Shown: positions 1 to 11,839 of the stretch, piece after piece
Position numbering within the stretch: position 1 is the stretch's first letter
Layout of the letters: every line of letters starts with the position of its first letter
NCBI GenBank assembly: GCA_951406725.2
Contig: OX597825.1
Coordinates: 87,296,001 to 87,360,000 of the forward strand
Reading direction: 5' to 3'
DNA: 64,000 nt
Source of the DNA: Octopus vulgaris
Lineage: Eukaryota
Notes under the pieces: generated by a model
What the model was told of the DNA's origin: nothing
Databases searched by the model: none
Seen by the model: the letters and a program-made list of their open reading frames with translations, nothing else
Position numbers and translations under genes: made by a program

Positions 1-993
1 GAGAGTCGAGCACAGAATGCGGTGTAGGAAACCGAATAACAGCATCAGATTCAGCGTGAAAAATTACATCAATATACCAACTTTGAAAATGTTTCATTTG
101 AAAATTTCAAAAAGTGTAAGCCAAACATAAAAGATCCTAATATCCTTCCAACAAATATTGAAGCCGTGAGAACCATAAATAAGAAACGAAACTATAACCA
201 GCTGTCACCTCTTGTAATATTTAATGAAATATACGTATTCAAAATATAATTTACTGTGAACAAAAAAAAAAAAAAGGAAAAGATGACAAAATTTCGAGCG
301 GGGAAACATTTTATGAAGACAGAAACAATAGATAATCAAAAGTGGGGGTGGGGACAAGAAGAAAAATCTGTGTTGGTGCCATGAAATAATGGTAAACAGA
401 AATGAAAGGGTAAAGTGGAATGTGACTTCTGATTTGAAGAAAGGGACGTCGGAGTGTAAACAGAAATGTCTTTCAGACACAAGACCAATCAGACCATTAT
501 AGACCATTCTGTTTTGTTATAGAAAATGGTGGAGAGATCCCTTCAAGAATCCCAGATAAAGTGAAAGTATTTAAATAGGAATTAAAACTGGTTTATGGAT
601 TCCAAATGATTCGAACTTATGAATAGGAAAAGAAACGAAAATTCGAATGAACAACAGGAAACGTTAGAAGCAAAACTGTCTTTACCGTTTCTCTCTAAAT
701 GGAACCTTCCATTATCTTATGTAAATAGAAATTAATTCTATCTCGAATACTCAGTACATAAGGACATGATTTAATTAACGTCAGGTTGTTTACTACTAAT
801 TAAAAAAAAAAACAGTGGTGTAGCGAGGCTATAAGAGACTACCAGGCATAAGTAAAGCTTCTCATACATAGCAAACAGTCACAGATACACACGACCGACC
901 GACCGACCGACCGACTATATAACGGGAAATACTAATGGGAAGAGAAAATATCTCTATTCCCTAACCCCCTCTCCTCCTCCTTCCTCTTCTTCT

Positions 994-1032
<39 letters not shown>

Positions 1033-1127
1033 TACATATGTATACACACATATTTATAAATGAAAGAATAAATAGTCAAAATTAAGAGTGACTACGATTC
1101 AACAGCTCAACCATATATATATGCATG

Positions 1128-1176
<49 letters not shown>

Positions 1177-2041
1177 TTTTAAATATGTATATAAATAAAC
1201 TGTAAATTATGTGTGAGTGACACATGCATATCTATCTATCTATCTGTCTATCTGTCTGTCTGTCTCGCTATGTATGTATGTATGTATGTATGTATCTATC
1301 TGTCTGTCTGTCTGTCTGTCTGTCTGTGTATATAAATATACACACGCACACGCACACTCATTCACACACACGTAGAAAATTCCACAAAGTGTGTTATTTT
1401 TCTGTAAAAAAAAAAGAGCAAATATCAACCGAGCGAAAATAGAAAAAGGAAAATCCAAGCTACACAGAAAAATAACAAAACTAGCATTTTACATTTCGTG
1501 CATTTAAAATCAGTCTTTTAATGAATAATATGTGTAATTACTTTATTCCTAATCAATACAGTAAATTTAAAATATCTATTTGCATTTTTTTCACTGTCAC
1601 CATTATCAAATGTAAATAAAAGACGAAAAAACAACAACAACAACAAGCCATCTTGTCTCATTTCAATTAATCTTAACAAATATAGTTTTTGTAGGTTGTG
1701 TTTTATGGAATCAGTGACGTATGTGTTACTAGCACCAAGCTTTGAAAGAGATACACGCAACACATATCAGTACTCACTCTCTTTCTACACACATACACAC
1801 GCACTAGCAGACATGCTGTTATATATATCTATCTATATGTGTGTATGTCTGTGTGTGTTTGTATACCTATATACAAACACACATCGCACATACACTATCT
1901 ACTTCTGTGCATATATGCCTTCGTTTGTGTGTCTTTATGCAATATGCCAGTGTGCAGCATGTATGGAAGCATGGCTGAATATAAGTATTTATAAAATCAA
2001 TAAGAGATGTAACTGAGCTTTGTGAATGTGATACAGGTTCA

Positions 2042-2676
<635 letters not shown>

Positions 2677-2989
2677 CATATTGAATACACGATGTCGATG
2701 TTCTTTGTTTTTAATTAAAGCTAACTTTTGCTGTTCGTAAGAGCTTCACTTATACGACTTCTCTAACACAGAAAGGCAAATACACTCACATTTACACACA
2801 TACACACATGCACACACTTATGAACATGCATATGGATATAGAAAAAAGACACAGGAATATGAATATGCCCGTTAAAAACAAAGACTCCAAAGACTCGAGG
2901 CCTGCTTAGCATATAGCAGACTTTTAGTAATATGTTTGTATTACAACTGTTCAGCACTCATATATTTACATACATATGTTGATTCGTTA

Positions 2990-3168
2990 GCTCCTGCACG
3001 CATTCTTTTTCTCTCCTTGTTTCTCTGCTTGTTTCTTTTCTGTGTATCTTTCTGTCGAAGAGCGTAGGCTCGAAACGTAAAAGACTTGTTCTATTTCTAT
3101 TCCTGAGCACCATACTAATACAATTGTTTGTTTGTACTCCACCTGACTTCGTCTTTTGTTTATTTTCG

Positions 3169-3175
<7 letters not shown>
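2990..3175 (+). mobile_element. Short interspersed repeat (Penelope pseudo-LTR/retrozyme-like) with hammerhead-like motif; second copy at 57398-57570 in opposite orientation
   Basis: Reverse-complement similarity to 57398-57570 over about 170 bp; abuts (TA)n. Confidence 0.65.
3047..3084 (+). ncRNA. Minimal type-I hammerhead-like motif, CUGUCGAA core
   Basis: UCUUU-CUGUCGAA-GAGC GUAG GCUC-GAAA-CG-UA-AAAGA; 5-bp stem I, 4-bp stem II, palindromic ACGU, GUA triplet. Confidence 0.6.
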
Positions 3176-3549
<374 letters not shown>

Positions 3550-4392
3550 AAGAACTTCAGTGAGTGGCTCCAATAATTTTACCTCTATTTTTCGGTCACC
3601 TGCGCTATGAATCCTATTAAGTAAATACTTCCTTTTTATAGATGTTTGGATCTTTGGTCGGTTATAAAGGTAAATCTGAAGTCACGGTTTCAATTCTTTC
3701 TGTCGCTCTCTCCTTCTCTGGTTTTAATTTTATTTTCCCGGAAGTGCAGAAGAGCAGCTTCTGCGAAAAATGTGCTTATCGAAACCCTTCAAGGAGACTA
3801 TCTTTCTCTCTCTATCTCGCCCCCACTCTCTCCTCCCGCTCTCTTTCTATGTCTATATCTGTCTGTGTGTCTGCCTGTCTACATCTATCTCTGTCTCTGT
3901 CCCCCTCTCTCTCTCTTTCTAGCTATGTATTTACTTTTTTTTGATTGAAGCGAAAGCTGTAACATGTTCCATAAAGTAGCAAATTGTGTAACTCAGCATC
4001 ATAAGACAAAGATAGATAGATAGATAGGGAGAGGGAGAGAGAGAAAGAGAGAGAGAGAGAGAGGTGGGAGTAAGGGTCATATACTCGGATCAACATGATT
4101 GCCGATGTCTATCTATAGATTTATATATTTGGAGACGTCCGTACGTGAATGTTTTTGGTTTTACATGTAGGTTTCCACGTGTGGATATATCTGTATACGC
4201 TCGACCTATGTATTGAAACCTGAATTATATTCTCCTAATTCTAGAAGTCCTGTTACCAATTCTTCTTGTAAACATTATTTCGTTGTTATGTTGAGTTTCC
4301 TCGTCTTCGTTGAATTGTTTCTGGCATCTCTCCTTCAATTTACACGTCATTATCTATGTACTACACTATACTTCATTTAAAATTAACATTAA

Positions 4393-4610
4393 TTTCAAAT
4401 TATTGAACAAGACCGGCATGTTCGGGGTGGGGTAGGGGCAAATGAATTATATCTACCCTAGTGCTCAACTGGTACTTACTTTATCGACACCAAAGGGATG
4501 ATAGAAAACGCCAACTTCAACTTCACCATTCATCCTTTCAGGGTGAAAAACTTAAGTACCAGTTGAAGACTAAGGTTGGCATAATCGATTTACCTCCAAC
4601 CCGAATTCAC
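4393..4610. mobile_element. Two SINE 3' fragments in opposite orientation
   Basis: CAACTGGTACTTA...AAAGGGATGA (4466-4501) followed by TCATCCTTT...TAAGTACCAGTTG (4530-4565). Confidence 0.7.
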
Positions 4611-7362
4611 AATCAATCGCAACATAGAATTCACTATTTTTGAAAGCTCTTCCCCGCCACGCGTTTTCATAAATCACAGCTCTTCAGAAAATTCATGTCT
4701 TTAAAGACATGAATTTTCTGAAGAGCTGTGATTTATGAAAACGCGTATATGAACAAACAAAAAAGGAATTAATTTGGTCTCTAAAGGAACATAATAAACT
4801 TTTTGGTGTGCAATAGAATATTCTATCTATATCCTTTCCATATGATAAAGGTAAATCTTTTTGTCCGCTCTGTAACGAAGAACAATATCTCATTCTGTTC
4901 TCGGAGAATTCTCTTCTTACTTTTCATTTCCACTAAATATATTTATTTCCACGCTTTTAAGCTTTCTTTCCATTCAACTATTGCACTATATTTCTCCACT
5001 CTTGATTTTCTATTAATTTCTTTCATTCTCCTCCTTCTCTTTCTCTAAATTTTCTTTGACCTTAAATCTATTAACGGTTAAAAAAAAAACAACTTTCCAG
5101 CATTCCCCTTCATCATATACGCGGTAATCACATTCAATTAAAATGGCTTATTGATGTGTTTTATTTCTCATTTTTTCCTTGATGAGGTGATTGCATTGTT
5201 TTACCCCATTTTATTCCCCCTGGAATAATATCTATGTTTTCTTCGAAATATATGTCGGGAGTATAAAGATTTGAATAACACCTGAGTTTAACTCCATTTC
5301 TTAATTTATCTATGTACTTATTTATATATACGATGTTGGGGTGAATTATATCAATATATTACATAAAACATTATAGCACGCATACACATGCACATACAAA
5401 TGGATTTCTATATTCCTGTATAGTTTGTGAGATGGACACGAAGCAGCTGAATCGAAATATATTATCTGATTTACGCGAGGTGTTCAGTGATAATCTAAAA
5501 ATATTCGCAGCTGTTATGAAACTACGTTCAATTTACACACATTCGTCCACGTTTCTTTCTTTGTCTGTTCAGAAGTCTGGGAATAGCTGTGTGTGTGTGA
5601 TTGTGTACGCGTGTGGCGATGTGTACGTGTGTGCATGTGTGTGAGGCTGATTACGTGTGAGTTGTTGCGTGTGTGCTAGTTCAAGAAAGGGAATGCGAAG
5701 AAAATGAGACACAACGAGTTTCTCCTTTTGTTTTTCTTTACCTTCCTTTTCGTTTTCCTTCTTCTCACCCAGATATTTATTTCAGGAATCTTATCACTCG
5801 TTCTGGATAACTTTAGATTCTAGAGTTCGATTTTGCATCAAGTTCACTATTTCCAATTAATTCGATACCAGTTCTGCTGCGATACTCTCGCTAATTCAAT
5901 AGAATTATTCTGCTACGTTGGCATCAAATTATTCCTATTCAATAATATATAATTATATTCGAAGCCTATCATATTTCCATTATCTCTGGCTTCACTCAGG
6001 TTCACACCAAAAATCATTAGATTTTAACACTCTATAAGGAAAGAGGATTGGGTTTCAATACTCACAGCGGAATTTCAATAACAAAATCACGCATGAAATT
6101 TTAATAAAAAATAGTTATGAAATGATAATAAAAGACATTGCCTTCTTTAAGTGATATAGAAGAGCAGAAGAATAGAGTGCTACCTGCCGTCTCTGGCGTG
6201 TAATTATTCTTTCGTAGTGTGTAGCATATTTCGCTCTTTTAGATGTTTCTGTGGAAGCGAGCAGACACAGACAACCTCTCTCGACACCATTCCTACCCGG
6301 CGGCTTTATTGATTCTGCAGAACATCCCCAATGTGACCACTTGAGGTTCGACATAAGTTTAAACAACAAAACGGCTCGTCTGGGTATTGATTCTGAACAG
6401 ATACGTATACAATTGTAAAACAAAAGGGATTATTTTCAGAGAAGTAAGGAAATTTTAGAACAGATTTCAACGAGCGTCCAAAAAGGAAAAACTCGGGGTT
6501 CTCATTCACTTTTCATTCTTTAAAACAAAATAAAGTGTCTGTTTAAGTCTCATTTCTTCAAAACAAAACCAAAAAATACATTTATTGAGGTATTTCTTCG
6601 TGATTATATTCTTGTGTATTTCGGAAGCTCGTAAAGAATATAGAATATTTTGAAGTTGTGATAAGCTTTTGCAATAAATTAAAGAGGAAACAAACCTCAA
6701 GTGAATGGATTGATAAAATCTATTTTAATCCTTATCTTCTCTAAAGTTTCGTTCATGAAGTTAGAAATATAGAAATGTAAATTAATATGAAATGCTGGTT
6801 CATTTGGTTTATGCAAATCCTGCGAAAGAGATGATAACATAATAAAATGTATCAGCACAACTTCATTTTCGTCGTATTTCAACAGCGTTCTAAGTGAACC
6901 TATCCCTATTTTACGTGAGTCACATATCCCATCGAGTCCTGCTTGAATAGTGATGGATTATCAATGGAGTAACGTTTAGAGTATAACAGTGCTGTTTCTA
7001 AGGTCATAGTCCTTAACAGGTGACGTTCTTAAATGTCTATATAAACAACTACAGTGGAGCGAGTCGAGCAGACAAGGTCGAGGGGCGGCACACTGCTAAA
7101 AGTGGATCTTCGCTGTGAATTTTACAAGTGGCTCCATAAAACCGGTCTGGTTTGGAGTTCATCTCTGGTTTTTCTAATTTCATTTCTGCAGCTTTCATTT
7201 GTGAATTATTTCGTATTTTACTTGATATTACTATAAAGTTAAAATTTAGGATAACCATGGAAACAACAAAACACGCATGAAGGAGATCGTCAATAACGGA
7301 AAGTAAATAGGAACCTGCCAACAATGCGGGCTAAGTTTTAATAACAACAACAACAATATTAA

Positions 7363-7575
7363 TCCTTTCTACTAAAGGCACGAGACCTGAAACTTGGGGT
7401 GGGGAAGTAGTAGTCGATTGTATCGAACAGTGTTTAACTGGTACTTATTTAATCGACCTCAAAAAGATGAAAGGCAAAGTCAACCTCGGCGGAATTTGAA
7501 CTCAAAACGTAGCGACAGACAAAATCCGTAAACATCTCACCCGGTGTGTTAACGACTCTGCCAGCTCACCGCCTT
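7363..7575 (-). mobile_element. tRNA-derived SINE, near full length (octopus-type)
   Basis: Reverse complement begins GGCGGTGAGCTGGCAGAGTCG (A box) ... GAGTTCAAATTCC (B box) ... CTTTGCCTTTCATC...TAAGTACCAGTT body; several related copies in the window. Confidence 0.85.
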
Positions 7576-7679
7576 ATTATTATTATTATTGTTGTTGTTA
7601 TTTCTAATAATAATAATTATAAATTTGGAGGGAGTGTGTCAACTGTTGTTGCAAAGAAAGTAACATCAATGCCGAGGAA

Positions 7680-8330
7680 TAAAGCGCATGGCTACTTGGC
7701 TAATAGCTGAGAGGGGGGGGGAACCGCTGAATGGCCAATATGCGGCCCGTAGCAATGAAGCTGATGTGGTCAAGAAGCAAATTGAATGAGTGGCTACGAA
7801 ACCTAGGGCTAAAGGCAGAAAGCGAAGCCTTCATCTTGGCTGATCAAGATCAAAGCTTATTGACTCAGAACTACCAAACCAATCCGATGAAAACTGGATC
7901 AGGTGTAAAGAACCGATTGTGCAATGATGGAACAGAAAGAATGGACCACTTAATCGCTGGATGTAAAGTTTTAATACCGGTGCAATATAATTCAAGACAT
8001 GGTAAATTTTCTGTACAATTAAATATGTCGGCATTACAAAATCAAAACTATTGACAAATAATATAACCACCACCCTGGGGCTGTAACTGAGGGAAAAAGT
8101 GTTACAATTCTTTGAGACTTTCCAGTATATACAGAACCATTAAACCTAATAAACGGATATTGATGCGAGAGACTAAAATAATTTCTGTTTATTGATCGAC
8201 ATAAGCATTCCTTGTAATCACTATATATCGGTAATAGAATTTGACAAGCTCAGAAAATATAAAGGTTTGTTTATTGAAATTGAAAAAGGGGGCATTTCAA
8301 GGCGGTTACAAAACCAGTGATCCTAGGAAG
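7680..8330 (+). mobile_element. R4/Dong-type non-LTR retrotransposon relic (zinc knuckle plus restriction-like endonuclease)
   Basis: WLRNLGLKAESEAFILADQDQSL.T.NY...RLC...E..DHLIAGC..L...Y..RH, then frameshifted TIL*DFPV...LIDISIP...EFDKLRKYK.L.IEI. Confidence 0.85.
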
Positions 8331-8334
8331 AGCA

Positions 8335-8435
8335 CTCGACTGTTATTTATTTCATCGAACTCGAAAGAACGAACGACAAAGTCAACATCAGCAGAATTTG
8401 AACTCAGGACGTAAAGACGAACGAAATGCCGCTCA
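8335..8435 (-). mobile_element. SINE middle fragment
   Basis: AAAGTCAACATCAGCAGAATTTGAACTCAGGACGTAAAGACGAACGAAATGCCGCT matches 59452-59507. Confidence 0.7.
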
Positions 8436-8448
8436 GCTCGACGCCATA

Positions 8449-8474
8449 ATGATGATGATGGTGATAGTGATGAC

Positions 8475-8529
<55 letters not shown>

Positions 8530-8554
8530 ACGATGATGATGATGGTGATGATGA
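8449..8554. repeat. (GAT)n microsatellite
   Basis: Seen directly. Confidence 0.95.
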
Positions 8555-8790
8555 TTAACCAACTGCTGTTTACGGGCGATGTGATACTTTAGAGAACAAG
8601 TAGAGATCAACTGGATTACCTTATTCAGGCCGTTCAAATTTTCTCATATGATATCCGGATGGCATTTGGATTAGATAAATGCGCTGTTATTGAATTGAAG
8701 AGAGGACGAAAAGTAGAGAGCAGTGCAGCAGAATACGCAGCTGATAAGCGTATAAGGGAATAGGGTATCAGAGGGTTACAAGTGTATTGG
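8553..8790 (+). mobile_element. Non-LTR reverse transcriptase fragment (R4/Dong-type)
   Basis: INQLLFTGDVIL (decayed INHLLFMDDLKL) ... DIRMAFGLDKCAVIELKRG, homologous to 43840-43900. Confidence 0.75.
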
Positions 8791-8796
8791 TGTTTT

Positions 8797-9159
8797 ACAG
8801 CCAATATTCTGCTCAATACCACAAATTTGCTTGTCAGTTGTTTCACCGTAACCCGTTCAGCATGTCCCTTATTGGCTGACGATATGTGCATCTCTGATCA
8901 CGAGCAGAAGTAGTGGGGGAGCATCATAGCCACCTGTTGAGAGGGATTCTTTGGGGTTTGGACAATTCAACTTAGGAAACACGGGTGTTTTGTTAATTAT
9001 CCTTAAACAAATCTTATTCAAGGACCCATTTCGCGCACATATGGTTATGATGCATGTGCCTAGTGTAACCTTATCAGACGGGTAGTCATGATGGGTATGC
9101 TAGGCCTTGTATATTTTACCCCAGTGTCACTTTGATTACATGCACTGCTCTCTCACTCC
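8797..9159 (+). mobile_element. Non-coding interspersed repeat ending in (TAA)n, truncated and internally deleted copy of 44666-45209
   Basis: Colinear similarity to 44770-45209; both end ...CATGCACTGCTCTCTCACTC then (AAT)n. Confidence 0.8.
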
Positions 9160-9223
<64 letters not shown>

Positions 9224-9224
<1 letters not shown>

Positions 9225-9317
9225 CATCAGAGTATCACAACAAATCACAGCACATACCCAAGGCACACAGTGCTGCGCTCGGTAGTGAAGTGAAAGCACG
9301 CTATAAAAATAAAACTA

Positions 9318-9321
<4 letters not shown>
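9224..9321 (+). mobile_element. Probable 3' terminal fragment of an R4/Dong-type LINE between two (TAA)n arrays
   Basis: CCCAAGGCACACAGTGCTGCGCTCGGTAGTGAAG...AGCACGCTATAAAAA resembles the 3' UTR end at 44500-44558. Confidence 0.5.
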
Positions 9322-9373
<52 letters not shown>

Positions 9374-9376
<3 letters not shown>

Positions 9377-9646
9377 AGAAATAAAAAATAGAAGTGTGCC
9401 ATAGTTATCATGTGAAATTGGTTGAACGATATTTCGGCATCTAGCGTGCCTTCCACAGGTTCAAAACTTATATGTCAGACTCCTTAATTTTTTGTTAAGA
9501 TTATATAGGACTGATGTAACTCATCCAGAAGTTATACAGAAATAAAAACAAAAGAGTGCCATAGTTATTATGTGAAGATAACTCTTCTATTTTTTTTATT
9601 TGTGTATAACTTCTGGAGGAGTTACCTCAGTCGTATATAATCTTAA
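9374..9646 (-). mobile_element. Penelope-like pseudo-LTR relic (partial tandem plus inverted copy)
   Basis: Direct repeat 9374-9416 vs 9535-9575; inverted repeat 9495-9557 vs 9581-9646; hammerhead fold at 9422-9464. Confidence 0.55.
9422..9464 (-). ncRNA. Minimal type-I hammerhead-like motif, CUGUGGAA core
   Basis: Reverse complement UUGAAC-CUGUGGAA-GGCA CGCUAGA UGCC-GAAA-UA-UC-GUUCAA; perfect 6-bp stem I, 4-bp stem II, palindromic AUAU, AUC triplet. Confidence 0.65.
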
Positions 9647-10700
9647 TAATGATAATAATAATAGTAATAATAATAGAAAATTACTTGTTTAGCAAATGAC
9701 AAAGATGTTCGATGGAATAAACCGACATCAGTAATTATAGGGTTTCGTTTCAAACACACGTTGCATCCATTGGACATAAAGGTCCGCAATTAAATTACCT
9801 TAATATATTTTATTATAGCAACCCTGTCATAAGCTATATACATCATTATCATCAGTGTATCATAATTATGGAGTAATTTGTGCCGTGTATTTATAGACTG
9901 TTTTAACTCTCTCTCTGATCTATATTAAAACAATGCATAAATAAACATCAGCAAAGAACGGAAATAATAGAGTGTCGGCCATTAGTTCTGAAAGTCGATG
10001 TCTGTGCTTTTGGTATAAATGTGCTAATGTGTCTACAGCGTAATTTTATCATAAGTTTGATATATACAAACAACTATAATAGGTTGTAATTGGTTGAATA
10101 GTTAATTAATTATAACATCGATATATATGATGTGGAAACACTTTCAGAAGTTCTCGCCTGTCAGCTTTTACCATGATTCTGTTCCTAAAACTCGATAGTT
10201 CACGCGCATAATTTGTTACCGAATCATAACTTAATTTGTAATTTCCATTATAATTTCCCGGGTAGACAGTGCACACTTACACCTATTTCCATCTAGAATC
10301 TGCAGCTCCATTATCAACTCACTTCAAAACTTTGTGGAATTACTTTGGCCGTAAATCGTGGGGCGAGATGATAATTTCACATGGTAAAGGTAAGCTGAGA
10401 TGAATAAATGCCATTATCTTTTGTAAATATATATTAGGAGCACTGAACTATTTCAAGACTATAATAATGGGCTTTATAACGAAAGAATCGATATGTAAAT
10501 TTAGTGGTAAGGACTTTAACTCCACATGTTAACATGTAAGTCAAAACTTCTGTCCGTGAACGAAATCTAGTTTGCTTGATGACAGAAAAGGGTCGAACAC
10601 AAACATGGGGAACTTAAAATATATCGATCCAAGATAAAGACTATCGCAAATAACTCGTCGTTATGAATCTTTTAAAACAAACAAGATTGCCTCAAATATT

Positions 10701-10805
10701 CGTTTCAAAATTTAGCACAAAGTCAGCAATTATGGAAAAGGGGGGCTGAGTCGATAACGTCGACCCCCCAGTGCTCAACTGGTACTTATTTTGTCGACCC
10801 TGAGA
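10701..10805 (-). mobile_element. SINE 3' fragment
   Basis: GTCGACCCCCCAGTGCTCAACTGGTACTTATTTTGTCGACCC matches the other copies. Confidence 0.75.
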
Positions 10806-10939
10806 TTTTGCTATCTGAAATCTGAAGTATTAGTCTTGCCTTAAACAGATCATCTGTTCAGTAGGTCGTTGTGTAAAAAATTGCAGAACCCTCGCCTGTC
10901 ATCTATGGTATGAGATTTCATCATATATCTATAAACATA

Positions 10940-10977
<38 letters not shown>

Positions 10978-11329
10978 TACACACTACATATACATATATG
11001 TGTATTATATTATTTATAAACCCAGGCCTATTCCGCATTTTTTTAGTAGGTGGTAGCCACAACGGGACACATACCAGTCATTTCCTTCATTTTCTAGTTC
11101 AAAGAGGTGAGCCCCCTCCTATGGTCATGTCAAGGCAAAGAGCGCAACCCTCAAGATCAGCAGCGGGGCCCGACAGCATATGCTGTTTTAATCCCGCCGC
11201 ATCATGCTGGTTCCGTACTTTCAGCAACATCAAATACACTCATCCGTCCACAAACATTCTCCAAGCTTTCCTATAATTTATAAACATATATGTATGCCTG
11301 TATGTGTGTGCGTGTACGTGCATGTGTGT

Positions 11330-11530
11330 GTGTGCGTGTGTCAGTGTATGCTTTCCTCACCGCTTCACAACCGATGTTATTGTGTTTACGTCTCCGTAAG
11401 AGACCAATAGAATAAGTATCAGGCTTGAATCAAAAACTTGGGGGTCGCTTTATTCGACAAAAAATTCTTGCAAGCGGTGTCACAGCATGGTCGCAGCCTA
11501 ATGACTGAAACGAGCAACAGATAAAAGATG
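11330..11530 (+). mobile_element. SINE 3' half (second family, ...CAGCATGG..GCAG..ATGACTGAAAC tail)
   Basis: ATAGAATAAGTATCAGG...GGGGTCG...GCGGTGTCACAGCATGGTCGCAGCCTAATGACTGAAAC...ATAAAAGAT followed by (TA)n; tail related to 19622-19675 and 58939-58975. Confidence 0.7.
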
Positions 11531-11587
<57 letters not shown>

Positions 11588-11808
11588 CATACATACACAC
11601 ACACATATATATATATACGTACACACACATATGTATATATACACACGCATACGTACACGTTTATGGAAGTTCATATTTTTAAATGCGTTTGAAAGTAGAA
11701 ACCAAAAAGGAAATATTGAAATATGTCGGAGAGTTTATTTAGTCATTCAAAGGTAAGTAGCGACTGGGTAAATCATTAAGACACACTAACGTATACACAC
11801 ATCGCACG

Positions 11809-11839
<31 letters not shown>

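Noticed and set aside
3743-3780. CAGAAGA-GCAG CTT CTGC-GAAA hammerhead-like string
   Set aside because: U4 mutated, no NUH triplet and no convincing stem I
5210-5270. TTCCC...GAAATATATGTC-GGGAG hammerhead-like remnant
   Set aside because: Core and stem II are not recognisable
7500-7575. tRNA-like A and B boxes as a tRNA gene
   Set aside because: No cloverleaf; it is the head of a multi-copy SINE
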